This document shows, piece after piece, positions 39,575-52,610 of a stretch of 64,000 bases of DNA. The notes under the pieces are model-generated. The model was given only the letters and a program-made list of their open reading frames with translations, was not told the DNA's origin and did not search any database. The translations under genes and the position numbers were made by a program. Origin of the DNA: Stegostoma tigrinum. Its lineage: Eukaryota. Location of the stretch: the NCBI RefSeq assembly GCF_030684315.1, contig NC_081355.1:85460924-85524923 (forward strand), in the 5' to 3' direction. Position 1 is the stretch's first letter, and every line of letters begins with the position of its first letter.

Positions 39575-39820
39575 AATAAAAACCAGAGGAAATGCAGATG
39601 CTGTAAATCAAGAACAAAAACTGAAGTTTCTGGAAAAGCTCAGCAGGCCTGATAGCATCTGTGGAGGAAAAAACAGAGTTAACATTTTGGATCTGGTGAC
39701 CCTGCCTCTGAAGTTCCAGAACTGAGGAAGGGTCACCGCACCCAAAACATTAACTCTGTTTTTTCCTTCACAGATGTTGCCAGACCTGCTGGGTTTCTCC
39801 AGCAACTTTGTTTTTTGTCC
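39575..39820. mobile_element. PLE family B hairpin insertion
   Basis: Opposed copies are present, with CTGAGGAAGGGTCACCGCACCCAAAACATTA at about 39722. Related family-B copies lie at about 4130-4270, 8990-9160, 9965-10060, 10735-10870, 14388-14525, 17380-17600, 33900-34030, 35450-35570, 40565-40700 and 45335-45570. Confidence 0.8.
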
Positions 39821-40800
39821 TTTTTCTTACATCAAAATCTGTGTCCTTTTGCTGTTTTTCTTTTAGGAGTGGGAACAGTTTCTCTCCATCTCATCTGTCC
39901 AGTTCACTCATGATTTTCAAAACCTGACACTAGTTGCTAAACTAATTGCATTTGCATCCAAAAATCTATCAGAAGTATCATCTAATTATTCCGACGTATA
40001 GCTTGAAACGCTTGCTCTAGTATTCAATATCACAAGGTCTTTTATGTAGTTATTTGGTAAATAATTCACTGGGGAAATCAATTATAAACCATTCAAAATT
40101 ATTTGGCACAAATCATTGACAAGTGCATCATAGAGGCCGCAATGATTTCTGGTAAAATGGAATGTGACTTCAACATCTGTTACAAAGCTGGTGCCAAATT
40201 GTCACCTTAGTTATGCTGAGCAAAACAACGAATCAGGCTTTCCACTGTATCTACCAGTCAACAGCAAGGACATCAAGGTGGAAGATATACTCAAAACTGA
40301 TCTATTGCATCTTGGTCAGAATAAATGCCATTAGTTTGAAATGGAGACAGCTAGTGACTCATAATTCAAAGCCTTGTGGAAAGCTTTCCTTTAAATGGTG
40401 GCTTCACATGATAAAAGGGGTGTCAGACACTGTCTATTCTTTTGGTCTTACAGAGATGAGCTCAGTATCTTGAGAGGCGTTATCTTCAAAGCTAAACAAG
40501 TACTTATACACAAAGCTCTCCACAGGACATAGAGCAGATGAGACTTGGCACACAGCACGGTCAAATATAAAACAAAGACTGCGGATGCTGGAGATCCAAA
40601 ACAAAGGCAGAAATTGCTGGTGAAACTCAACAGATCTGACAGTATCCTCAAGAAGAAAGCAGACTTAATGTTTACATTCTGGTGAGTTTCCATCAGAACT
40701 GATAGCAGTGAGGAAAATTAGTATTTATCCTTGAATGTGATTTTGGGAAAGTGGTGCGAGAAAGGGCAGATGTGAGCAGATAGATGGAGGTGGAGCCCAA

Positions 40801-40823
40801 AGAGAGAGAGAGAGAGAGAGAGA
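40801..40823. repeat. (AG)n microsatellite
   Basis: Read directly from the sequence. Confidence 0.95.
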
Positions 40824-42214
40824 CTCTTTCCAGCATTGAACAGATGTCCTGAAGGTTAGTGTTATATTGGCAAACTAGCCTTTTGGATTCACATTCTGGA
40901 TTGCACAAAACAGTGTCCATGCTGTTCATCATATCATCCCATACCAATACTACATGTCTGGTATCTGAAGTCAAACACTTGGTGAATCGTTTAGCGCATT
41001 AGTGTCAGAAGTCCAATATCACAGAAAGACGGAATCATCCAGAAGTTCAGGTAGTGTGTGCAGGCGTGCAGTGAACAGGTGAATAGGATGGGAAAAATTC
41101 TGAGTGGTTTAAGAGGAAACATCCAGAAACAGATAACTTCTGGGAGATGATGGTATGGAAAATATGTTAGCTATTGTTGTGCATTATTTAGAAGTCAGAA
41201 GAAGAAATCTACAGACCAGTTACAGCTATGCCAACTGAACAAGAATGTTTAAAATGGAGCCTTCACTGGGTTTGAGTATCTGTAAGGTTGTTGTTGAGAA
41301 TAAAAGGGTTTAATCATTATTTTTGATATTTGTAATAGGACAATAAGTTTCAAATAGTTATTGTAAAGTGAAAAACTTGTGTTCCTTTGTGTGTAATAAG
41401 CTTTAATATTCTTTTGTTAAAAGTACGTTAGCAACTTTCTCTTCAGTAAAAGTGACTGACGTCCTGGACAAACAAATCACAAAACTTAAACTTTGGTGTA
41501 TGAAGGCAAATGACACTCTGGGATCTGATTTATCCAGCAAACCTTTATCTGGGATCACAGTAACACTTCCGGTCTTTTCAACTCACTATCCTAATCACGG
41601 TATCACTCACCACTCCCTCTCCCAACTGTGTCAATGCTTTCCATTCATGATTCCTCCTCCTGACCTCTGCAGTGTGAATTATAACAAACGGGAGGCTGAG
41701 AGTTGGTTGAGAGAGGAATAGCCAGCAGAAAGGAATGACAGGTTTGGGAGAAGGCCGGTGAGTCAAAGTCAAACAAAGGAGTCAGAAAGTGGATGGAGAG
41801 TAGGAGGAATCAAAGATATTGGGAGAGGAGCAGTGAGTGGAATGGAGTGAGGGTGTCAGGAGAGGGGAGACAATTGGGTATCAGGAAGCACTCAGGAGAG
41901 GGATGACAATTTGAAAGGCAGTAAGGGTTTTCAGAGAGGACAGGCATGCAAATCAGTGACGACAGTATTAAAAAATGTTCTGTCATAGTAACAATACGGT
42001 CTTGCACCTGCAACTGCGTTATAACAAAATGGAACTCATTAGCATCAATGTTTTCCAGGAATGTTTGCCAATTTACAGTCTTCGCTAAATTGGATTGTCA
42101 AAAATCACTTTAATGGGGCATATCTGTACTTGAAGTGAGAAAAATAGGATTATGGGCAATACTTGGAGGATGTATTAATTAAAGCATTTGATGCATACAT
42201 CATCCCTTAACCAT

Positions 42215-42311
42215 TTTCTGAAGAAGAGTCCAGACCTGATACGTCAATTTTCCTGCCCTTCTGATGTTGTCTGGCCTGCTGTATTTCTCCAGCTTCACAC
42301 TTTGTTATCTA
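42215..42311 (+). mobile_element. Old PLE-A terminal fragment
   Basis: A decayed copy reads CTGAAGAAGAGTCCAGACCTGATACGTC and ends ACACTTTGTTATCT. Confidence 0.65.
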
Positions 42312-44740
42312 GGATTTTAAGAGGACTTGACAGAGAAAAATGCAGAAACATTCTTTCCCCTTGTGGATGTGCCTAGGAGCACAGGGCATAATCTTAGAAT
42401 AAGGGGTCGCTCATTTAAAATGGAGATGAGGAGGAATTTCTTCTGTCAGAGAGTAGTGAATCTGTGGAATTCTTTACCACTCACGACTGTTAAGACTCGA
42501 TCATTAAGTATTTAAATAGATCTTTAATCATTAAGTTATGAGGTTAAGGAAAAATGCAGGAAAGAACCCTTGAGAGTTATCAGATTATCCACAAACTCAA
42601 TCAATGGTGGAGCAGACTCCACCAATATCTTAAGTCACCAGGTCAGACCCCATGAGTTTGGACGTAGTATAGTGGCGTGGATAGAGAATCGGCTGATGGA
42701 CAGGGGATAAGGTGCTCTTTTTCAAGTTGGCAGTCTGCGACCGGTGGGTTGCAGGGACCGCAGCTATTTATAATATATATTTTTGAATTGTGGGAAGAAG
42801 CCAATATACTGTATTTGCAGACAACACAAAATAAGTGGAAAGGTAAGCTGTTAAACAGTTTACAGTGAGGTATTGATAGGTAAAGTAAATGGGCAAAAAC
42901 TTGGCAAATAGAATTTAATGTGGGAAAATATGAAGTTGTTCATTTTTGAAGGCAGAACGGTAGAGAGAGATGGAGCAAAAACCGCAGAAAGCTGCAAGAC
43001 AAAGTGTCTTGGATATACTTGTACATGAAAGACAGAAAGCTAATGCACAGCTGCAGCAGGTAATCAGGAAGGCTAATGGAATGTCAGCAATTATTTCAAA
43101 GGGATTGCAGGATGAGAGTAGGCAAGTCTCACTGCAAATGTACAAGGTGCTGGTGAGACCACATTTGAAGTAATTTTGCTCCCCTGATTTAAGGGCAGAT
43201 ATTATGTCTTTGGAAGCAGCTCAAAAAAGATTCACTGTAATGATCCCTGGTCCGGAAGGATTGTCTTATGAGCAAGGACTAAACAGCTTGAGACTCTACT
43301 CACTGGAGTTTAGAAGAATGAGAAGTGGCCTCATTGAAACACATTGAATTCTTAAGAGGCTTGACAGAGTAAATGTTGAGACAATGTTTCCCCTCATGGG
43401 AGAGTCTAGGACTAGAGGACATAGTCTCAGAAAAACGGGTTGCCAATTTAAGACTCAGATAAGGATGAATTTCTTCCCTCAGAGGGTTGTAAATCTTTGG
43501 AACTCCTCGCCACACAGGAGTGCTGAATCCTGTATTTAAGGCTGAGATTAATTCTTGATTAGTGTAGAATTAATGGTTATGAGGAAAGTGCAGGAAAGTG
43601 GATATGAGGAATGTCAGGTCAACCATAATCCTATTGGTGGAGCAGGCTCGAGGGGCTGAATGGTCTACTCCTGTTCCTATGTCTTCTTCTTTTTACCATC
43701 CTGCCTGGAAAGTGCTTGAATATTTGACTCTATAAGTGCTGAAGGAATGAATATGGGTTTAGAAGGCAATGAATTGACACAGGGACAAAGCTGGGCAGTG
43801 CTGCAGAAGTGGAAATATACAGAAACATGGAAAATAGGAACAGGAGCAGGCCATTCAGCCCTGTGAGCCTGCTGCACAATTCAAAATGATCATGGCTGTT
43901 CATCAGACTCAATACCGCCTTCTTGCTTTGTCCCCCATACCCTTTGATGCTTTTAGCCTTAAGAGCTATAACTAAATTGTCCTTGAAAACTTCCAATATT
44001 TCAGCCTCAGTCACTTTCTGTGACAGAAAATTCTATATTCCCTGGGTGGAGAAATTTTTCCTCATCTCAGTCCTTAAAGCCTTCCTGTATCTTAAACTGT
44101 GACCTCTGGTTCTGGTTTTCCTGATCATCAGCAATATCCTTCCTGTGATTACCCAGTCTAGTCCTGTGAGAATTCTGTAGGTTTCCATGAAATCCCCACT
44201 CATTCTTCCAAACTCCAGCGAATACAGTTCTAACTGATTCACTCTGTGTTCATATATCAATCCTGCTTTCCCATGAATTGGTTTGATAAAACTTTGTTGC
44301 ACTCATTCCACAGCCAAAACATCCTTCCTCAGTTAAGGAGGCCAAACTGCTCACGCTAGGTGTGGTCCCCCTACAGGCCTGTACAACTGCAACAAGACAT
44401 CCCTGCTTTGTACTTTAATCCTCTCACAACGAAGGCAAACATATCATTTGCCGTCTTCACTGCCTGCGGCACCTATATGCTTACTTCCAACAGTTGCTGT
44501 ACACGGACACCCATGGCTCATTGCAACCTCTCTCCTTTCCAAATATATCATCACGAAAATAATAATCTCCCTTCCAGTTTTTGCTACTAAACTGGGTAAT
44601 CTCACATTTATCTGCATTCATGTTCACCTGCCATGTATTTGCCCACTCACTCAACTTGTCCAAATCACATTGAAGCATTTCTGCATTCACCCTCAAAGCT
44701 CACCCTCGCACTGAACTTTGTGTTGTCTGCAGATGATTTT
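42310..44740. mobile_element. Cluster of CR1 fragments: plus strand about 42310-43685, minus strand about 43820-44740
   Basis: Motifs include MRRNFFCQRVVNLWNSLP, YKVLVRPHL and LQCDLDKLSEWANTWQ. Confidence 0.85.
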
Positions 44741-45037
44741 AGATGGTATAAGTGATAGTATGAATATTTAATGGCAAAGCTCATCTTGGGTTGAATGTGA
44801 CATAAAAGGTTGTGAACACAAAGTTTTAGTCTCAGTCTTTTCTTCAAGTGAAAGAACTTAAGAACAGGCAATAAAGATCATGGAGGATACATTCATTGAT
44901 CTGTCATTGAAGTTGGACATTACTGTTTGACCTTTCTTAGAGAATCAATTGTTTCATTCTTCAAAACTACCACATCCTGAACTTTCTAACACTGTTCATT
45001 TCCATCATCTCTGGCAACCACTTCCATACTTTCAGTG

Positions 45038-45147
45038 ATAATGGGACTGCAGATGCTTGAGAACGATCTAGGCCCGAAACGTCAGCTTTTGTGCTCCTAA
45101 GACACTGCTTGGCCTGCTGTGTTCATCCAGCTCCACATTTTGTTATC
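45038..45147 (+). mobile_element. PLE-A insertion with a short inverted 5' part
   Basis: The TSD TCC(A/G)TACTTTCAGTG is at 45023-45037 and 45148-45162. Confidence 0.8.
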
Positions 45148-45911
45148 TCCGTACTTTCAGTGCCTATTTCGTGAAATGATTGAATGTAAACTTTTATACT
45201 TTATTGAATCAGTCACTTCTACTGATTGCAGACAAAATGGGCAGTGTTACAAAGATGCTTCATGTTTTCCAGCCAGGATCTTTCGATTTGGCCTGAAAAC
45301 TCTTCTTCCACCCCAAATGAGTTAAAACATAAAAACTGAAAGCTCAGCAGGTCTGGCAGCATCTGCGGAGGAGAAAACAGAGTTAATGTTTTGGGTCTGG
45401 TGACCCTTGGAATCTGCAGTTCTTTTGGTTTTTATAAAAACCAAAAGAACTGCAGATGCTGCAAAACAGGAACAAAAACAGAAGTTGCTGGAAAAGCTCA
45501 GCAGATCTGGCAGCACTATGAAGAAAAAAATCAGATTTATCATTTCGGGTCCAGTGACCTTTCCTCAGTGAACTTTCCCTTTTATGTTAGAAATCTTTAT
45601 TTTAGAAGTCTAACTCTAATCCTAACCTAATACACACACAGAAATGGCATTTGTACAGCTTATTCAACAACCTAAGTAATTACCTTCGCCCAAACGTCAG
45701 CATGTGTTCTGTCATGCAAAGTTATACAGCAGAATCATTCAAAAAATTCATAAATTCTCAATTGAATAATACAACAGTGCATAACATAGGTTATATTAAA
45801 GAAAAAAAATAACAAATTTGGTAAAGTATTCTAAGGGACCGGGACTGTGAGACATGTTATATGCACCATTGATTGCACTTCTGGACTGAGAAAATGATGG
45901 CCAAGTTAAAG

Positions 45912-45983
45912 TTCCACGTGGAATCACACTGGAGCATCTCGCAGCCAGACTGAGCGCAGTGGCTGGAACACAAGCTATATAAA
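45912..45983 (+). promoter_or_regulatory. Promoter of the Kunitz-domain gene, with a palindromic E-box and a TATA box
   Basis: The palindrome TTCCACGTGGAA (CACGTG core) is at 45912-45923. TATATAAA is at 45976-45983, about 150 nt upstream of a signal-peptide ATG. Confidence 0.55.
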
Positions 45984-46131
45984 CGTACCAGTTTAAAATT
46001 TCCAGTCAGGGAGAGAAGAGCCCATTTGATTCTGCTGATCCAGTGCAGATGAAAGTCAGTGAGGGTTCTGCAGTGCAATCAACGTAACTCACTCGCTCTG
46101 TCCAAATCATGGAGGTGCAGTTTTTTTCACC

Positions 46132-46207
46132 ATGACCTGCAGCATCTTGCTGCTATTGGCTTCACCATTCAACATGGCACAGCGAACAAATGTTTCTCCA
46201 AATCCAA
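46132..46207 (+). CDS. Signal-peptide exon 1 of a secreted Kunitz-type protease inhibitor
   Basis: The start context is caccATG. Translation: MTCSILLLLASPFNMAQRTNVSPNP plus 1 nt, ending at the phase-1 donor A|GTATGA. The phase matches the Kunitz exon at 60376. Confidence 0.6.
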
Positions 46208-46554
46208 GTATGAAGAATCGAATTTAGCTTCATTAGCTATAGAAAGCAATGATTACGAGCAGCTGTTGGGTTACAGAAATATAATTAAGATATGCCTTTT
46301 TAAAAGGAAAAGCCAAGCCTTCAAGGACCTAATTTTGGAATTGGATTTTAGTTGGATAAACGGGTTTGTCACAATCTCCTGCATTAACAGCAAGGAGCTA
46401 CAGCTAGAGGACTAGAATTTAGTTTTTGCACTGCTGACAAATCAGCAGAAAAGAAAAATATACTAAAACGTGGCATGGCCTTTTAAAATTGTTCTGAGAT
46501 TGGGCATCTCAGCTTTGGCAAACATTTTTTGCTTTCATGAAGCCGATTATTAAC

Positions 46555-48035
46555 ATAGACTTATAGAGTAATACAGCATGGAAAGGGCCCTTCATCCCGA
46601 CTAGTCTATGCCAACCATGGCACCCACTCAGCTAGTTCCAATTGCCCACATTTCACCCACATCCCTCTAAACGATTCCCATCCATGTACTTATCCAAATA
46701 TTTTTTTAAATGTCACTATTGTACCTGCCTCAACAATTTTCTCTGGCAGCCCATTCCATATACACACCAGTCCCTGCATGAAGAAGTTGCTCCTCAGGTC
46801 CTTTGTAAATCTTTCCCATCTCACCTTAAACCTATACTCTCTAGTTTTGAATTCTCCATCACTGGGAAAAAGACTATATGCATTCATCTTATCCATGCCC
46901 CTGATGATTTTATACACTTCAATAAGGTCACGCCTCATCCTTGTATATTCCAAGGAATAAAGCCCTATTCTGGCTAATCTCTGCCCTATCCTCTTGGTTA
47001 GCTGTTTGAAAAACTCTAAAAGATTAGTCAAACATGATTTCCCGCTTACAAATCCATGCTGACTATCCCTGATCAGACCTTGACTATCCAAATGCTGGTT
47101 GATCCTGTCCCTCAGTATCTCCCCCAATAACTTGTCTACCAGTGGTGTCATGCTCACTGGCCTGTAGGTCCCTGCCTTGTCTTAGCTACCTTTCTTAGGC
47201 AATGGAACAACAACAATTAGCCACCCTCCAGTCTTCAGAAACTTCACCACTGGCAAAAGATGAAACGAATATCTCTGCAAGGGCCTATGCAATTTCTACC
47301 CTAGCATCCCACAACATCCAGGGATAGAATTGATCAGGCCCAGAGGATATATCCACCTTAATGCACGATAGGCCTGGAAACACCTCCTGTCTGGTAATAT
47401 GTATGCAGTCTAAAACATTCCCACTTGTTTCCCTTATTTTCTTAGCATCCGTGATTCTCTTCTCAGTAAACACTCAGGAGAAATATTCATTAAAAATCTT
47501 CCCAATCTCCTTTGGCTCCACACATAGCCATGCTGATCTTTGAGAGGACCTGTTCTCTCCCTAGCCAACCTTTTACTCTTAATACAGCTTTCGAACTTCT
47601 CAGAATTATCTTTAACCTTATCTGCCAGATCCATCTCATACCCTCTTTTTGGCTGTTCTGATTTTCCTTATAAGTGTGCTCTTTCACTTTTTATTGTCAT
47701 CTGGGGATTCATTTGAACCTGATAGCTTAAACCCGATGTATGCTGCCTTCTTTTTCCTGACCAGAGCCTCAATATCCTTTGTCAGCCAGGGATCCCTAAA
47801 CCTGTCAGCTTTTCTCTTCACCCTAACAGGAACATACTATGCCTGGACTCTTGATATCACACTTTTAAAAGCGTCCCATTTGCCAGTCTTTCCTTTTCCT
47901 TTTCACCCAATCGACTTCTGCTAGATCCTGCCTAATGTTCCCAAAATTGGCCCAGCTCCAATTTAGCACATTAACATGTCGATCTGTCCTATCTTTTTCC
48001 ATAACTATGTTAAAGCTAAGAGAGTTATGGTCACT
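46555..48035 (-). mobile_element. CR1 LINE with an internal deletion
   Basis: The RT motif SQHGFVSGKSCLTNLLEFF is joined directly to the C-terminal LYSLEYTRMRRDLIEVYK. Confidence 0.85.
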
Positions 48036-48707
48036 ATGCTTTTTTTAAATTTTAGATTCATTTGTGGGATATGGGCATCATCGGATAGGCTTGAACTTAT
48101 TATTCTTCCCAAATAACCATGGAGAAGTGGTGGTGAACTGCTTTCTTGAACTACTGCAGTCCATTTAGTTTGAGTACCTGTGCAGTACAATGTCTGTAGG
48201 GAATTATTTGATAACTATGACTATGATTTTTAGAACAACTTGTGGAAAAACTCTCCCAATCTTCACACAAGACACAAACATTAATACGGAGGATATTATG
48301 TGTTGGACTGCAATGTCTGTCTTCTTTCTGATGGCAATTAATGATGCCAGGTGTTCTGTTTGGTCTTATTGTAACTGAAAATTTTCTGCAGCAGTTCAAT
48401 ACAACTGAGCATCTTCATAGGTTATTTCGTAGGGCTGTTAAGAGTCTACCATATTACTGTGTTTCTGAAGACATCTATGGTTAACACCAGGTAAGGACAG
48501 TAGATTTCCTTCCTGATATGGTGTTTGTGAAGCAGATGGGACTTTATAAGAATTCTGATAGCTTCATAACTACCTGTATTTACACTTCTTTTATCCAAGA
48601 TTTAATTAGTTAATAGAAATTAAATTCTTCCATCTTGCTGTATGTGAAATTTGAATTCTTGATCATGAACTTTAAACTATGACTCAAGATTACTTGTACA
48701 ATAAGGT

Positions 48708-49022
48708 TTAGATTAGATTCCCTACAGTGTGGAAATAGGCCTTCGGCCCAACAAGTCCACACCGCCCCTTGAAGCATCCTACCCAGACCCATCCCCCTAT
48801 AACCCACGCACCCTTGAACGCTATGGGCAATTTAGCATAGCAAATCCACCTAGCCTGCACATCTTTGGACTGTGGGAGGAAACCGGAGCACCCGGAGGAA
48901 ACCCACACAGACACGGGGTGAATGTGCAAACTCCACACAGACAGTCGCCCGAGGCTGGAATCAAACCCGGGTCCCCGGCGCTGTGAGGCTGCAGTGCTAA
49001 CCACTGAGCCACCGTGCCACCC
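48708..49022 (-). mobile_element. HE1-type SINE
   Basis: This is a full-length reverse copy, highly similar to 38762-39075. Confidence 0.9.
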
Positions 49023-49924
49023 AAAGGTATTCACTATACTCCCTTTTCTGTGAGTGCTTATTTATAATCTGCAAACTGTGGTGACATTATATCTACTTCA
49101 TCATTCTCAATATTAAAATACTTAGAAGGAAAGCTTTGTCAATGTTACAGAGTCACATTACGTTTCTGTAATTTGCAGCCAATGGTTTGTTCAGATTTAG
49201 AGGAGAATTCCTGTTAATTATTTGTAGCTTAAATGACTCACTACCTCTCCCTTCTCCAAGTCATAAGTTTCTGACTTGTCCAGGTCCTGCTGTGTAGGGC
49301 CCTAGACTGCTTCAGTATCTGAAGAGTGTTGAATGGCGCCGAACATTGTGCAAACACCAGCAAACATCCCCATTTCTGACCTTATGGAGGAGGGAAAGTC
49401 ATTGAGAAAGCTGCTTAAGGTGGTTGGGCTGAAGGCACTACACCAAGGAACTCCCTACAGTGATATCTTGTGGCTGAGATAATTGACCCCCAACAATCAC
49501 AATCGTTTTTCTTTGTATTAGGTCAACTCCAACCAGGTGGATTTCCCATTAATTTGCATTGACTCTAATTTTTTGAGGGACTTTTGATGCCACTGTCAGT
49601 CAAATGCCAAGATTGATATCGACGGTAGCCAGCTTTGTGTTTTAAGCTTTATTATTCAAGAAGCTGAGCTGTAGAACAAAAATGACAAGGCTTTAGGTCA
49701 TGATCACCATGGTGGGTGCTGGGGCCGAGCTAGCAAGTTGGGTTTAGCTAACCTTGATTCTCTTTTAGTTGGGCATGTTCTGAGCTACAGTAGCAGAATT
49801 CACATGGAAGTCAGGGTCAGAAATGAGTTGCCGTTCAGCCTGGGATTTCTTTCCTCTTTTAGACTGCTTTGTGCATAAGGAGGGCTGAGAAGGGAATAGT
49901 GGGTGTGTAAGAAGCTCCATACAT

Positions 49925-50370
49925 ATACACTCACTCACCTACCTGCCCAGTCTCGTGCACCCTCAACAACAGGCCAATCATGCTCAGCAACTCATTCCCT
50001 AACACTCCCACACTCACTCACTGTCCACCCTCATTCACTCACTGTGCAATTCATCTACCTTACCCTTTTCTCAAACTTATCCAGACTCTCACACTTACGC
50101 ATTCATTCATTTACCAACCTGCTCACCTTCATTCACTCAGTAGTCTGGTGACTGTCACTCACTCACCAACCTGCTCTTGTATTCGACAATTTGATTTCAT
50201 TCACTTACTGACCCATTCTCACTCACTATCTCACTAACCTATCCACATTCACAGTGTTATTCATTCACTCACTGACCAATCTGCCCTCATTCACCTACAC
50301 ACCCACAGAGATTGGTCACCAATTCTCCCACCCACACTCACTCACTCACTCAGCAATGAATCACTCTTCA
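49925..50370. repeat. Degenerate (CACT/CATT)n low-complexity tract
   Basis: Repeated CTCA and TTCA units are read directly. Confidence 0.8.
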
Positions 50371-50654
50371 TGACTATCCTGTCTCTGGCCCCTAGCTTCT
50401 CATTCCACCCTTCCCCACTGCTGGTCTGACTCTCATTTTCTTCCCCAAAAAAACCCTGAAGGCAGTCTGACCCCTATGTTTTAGCCAACCAGCAAGCAGC
50501 ATCAAGCCAGTCCTTTGAATCCTTTTAGTCTGGTGCCACAGATTCTGTCCTGCTACTCCAGGCCTTGGGCTGGGTTAACTAAGCCATATTTTGTTCCTTG
50601 CTGCTCCTCCAATCACAGATTATGTTTCTCCTGTATTTAGGGAATTATGAGGGG

Positions 50655-50990
50655 AATTGGTGGAATGATAATGTTACTGGACTAATATTCCAAAACACCA
50701 CCACATGTTCTGGGTACAGGTTTGAATCCTAACATGACATAGCTGCTGAAATTTGAATTCGATAACAACCAGAATAAAAAGCTTGCCTAAAAGTGTCCAT
50801 GTAATTATTGTCAGTTGTCAGAAGGAAAAACCCATAGAAACCCACAGGAATTTGTCATCCTCACCTGGTCTGGCCTACATGTGACTCCAGACCCACAGCA
50901 TTATGGCTGCCTATTACATGCCTTCTGGTTAATTAGAGATGGACAGCAAATACCAGCCAAACTGGTGACTCTCAAGCCCACGGACAAATA
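50655..50990 (+). mobile_element. Second tRNA-derived SINE family
   Basis: It has a decayed B box (GGTTTGAATCC) and the conserved core CCTGGTCTGGCCTACATGTGACTCCAGACCCACAGC. Reverse copies lie at about 33040-33350, 13200-13510 and 48420-48700. Confidence 0.65.
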
Positions 50991-51874
50991 AAATATATAC
51001 TTTTGCTAGGTTTGCTAATGCACCTATCAGCAGCAAACACGAAAGGAAAATGGCGTCTGATTGGAGGTGCAGATCCTTGCAAATAATCCATTTAGATTTG
51101 ATTGTGTTTTGACCAATGGCCTAGCAGTTCTCTTATAGCCTATAGATTTTTTGTCGTGCAAACCTGAGTTCAAATGTTTTTTAGTAATGCAGCTTTATTT
51201 TCTTCATTAAGAATGAGAGAACTGGAAAGATGTTTTGTTCCTTAAAGCGTGATGTGTTGAGAAATTGTTGCATTCACTATCAGTGTTTTGCAATTATAAC
51301 AGACCATAGCATATTACGTGTCATTGTTGTTCTCCAATATCTTTTAAGACTTCTCAAACTTTTAAAACCTTTTTGTTAAAAGACTTTCTAATACAAACTC
51401 CCTTCAAACTTAAGTGGCAAAACCTATTTTTGAATCATGCTTCTGTCATTCTGTCTCAGCAGGTTTTCTAATTTGTTGTAACTAGCAATATTTCTTCAGC
51501 GGGTTTCTGAACACAATGAACACACTTGTATGGTGAGATTCACATGGGAGCCAGGACTTCCTTCAATTGAAGATTTCCAAGGCTCCTAAAGCCTCATTTA
51601 GATTTTTTAAAACTCTGGTCTCGGGTCTTATCCTTCTCTTAGCGACTAAAAGGTAGAACAATCCTGGTCTTCTCAAAGTTCTGTGACCTGCAATCATCAT
51701 CCACAGTCTATCCCAGGAGTGATTAATTGAATGTTTTAACCAAACTTAACAATGGAATAGGTGTAATTGAGTCTGCTTATTGATTATTGCTCAATAAAAT
51801 GTCTTACTCAATTGATGGTTTGGCTTTAATGGTAAACAGAATGCATGCACTATAATTTGTAGATGCAGGTTTTA

Positions 51875-52610
51875 TAGAACAAAGAACAAAGAAAATTACA
51901 GCACAGGAACAGGCCCTTTGGCCCTCCAAGCTTGAGCCAATCCAGATTCTCTATCAAAACCTGTCGCCTATTTTCCAAGAGATAATGGGAACTGCAGATG
52001 CTGGAGAATCCAAGATAATAAAGTGTGAAGCTGGATGAACACAGCAGGCTAAGCAGCATCTCAGGAGCATAAAAGCTGACGTTTCGGGCCCAGACCCTTC
52101 ATCCTATTTTCCAAGGATTTGTATCCCTCCGCTCCCTGTCCATTCATGTATCTGTCTAGATACATCCTAAATGACACTATCATGCCTGCCTGTACCACCT
52201 CCACTGGCAACGCGTTCCAGGCACCCGCCACCCTCTCCATAAGGAGCTTTCCATGCATATCTCCCTTAAACATTTCCCCTCTCGCCTTGAAATTGTGATC
52301 CCCAGTAATTGATTCCCCCACTCAGGGAAAAAGCTTCTTGCTATTCACCTTGTCTATAGCTCTCATGATTTTGTAGACCTCAATCAGGTCTCCCCTCAAC
52401 CTGCATCTTTTTAATGTAAATAATCCTAATCTACTCAACCTCTCTGCATAGCTAGCGCCCTCCATGCCAGGCAACGTCCTGGTGAGCCTCCTCTGCATCA
52501 TCTCCAAAGCATCTACATCTTTTTGGTAATGTGGCGGCCAGAACTGTACACAGTTTTCCAAACGTGGTCGAATGAAAGTCCTATACAACTGTAACATGAA
52601 TTCACCCAAT
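51875..52610 (-). mobile_element. CR1 LINE 3' fragment
   Basis: It encodes LQLYRTFIRPRLENCVQFWPP...[12 protein letters not shown] and has a GAACAAA tail. Confidence 0.9.
51980..52102 (-). mobile_element. PLE-A terminal fragment inserted in a CR1 3' end
   Basis: The TSD CCTATTTTCCAAG is at 51967-51979 and 52103-52115. Confidence 0.85.

Noticed and set aside
40860-41565. Solo LTR (TGTTA...TAACA ends, internal AATAAA)
   Set aside because: The termini are suggestive, but there is no matching target-site duplication and no second copy in the window.
41940-42130. Second Tigger-like MITE
   Set aside because: The ends only weakly resemble TIRs and no clean TA-flanked pair could be defined.
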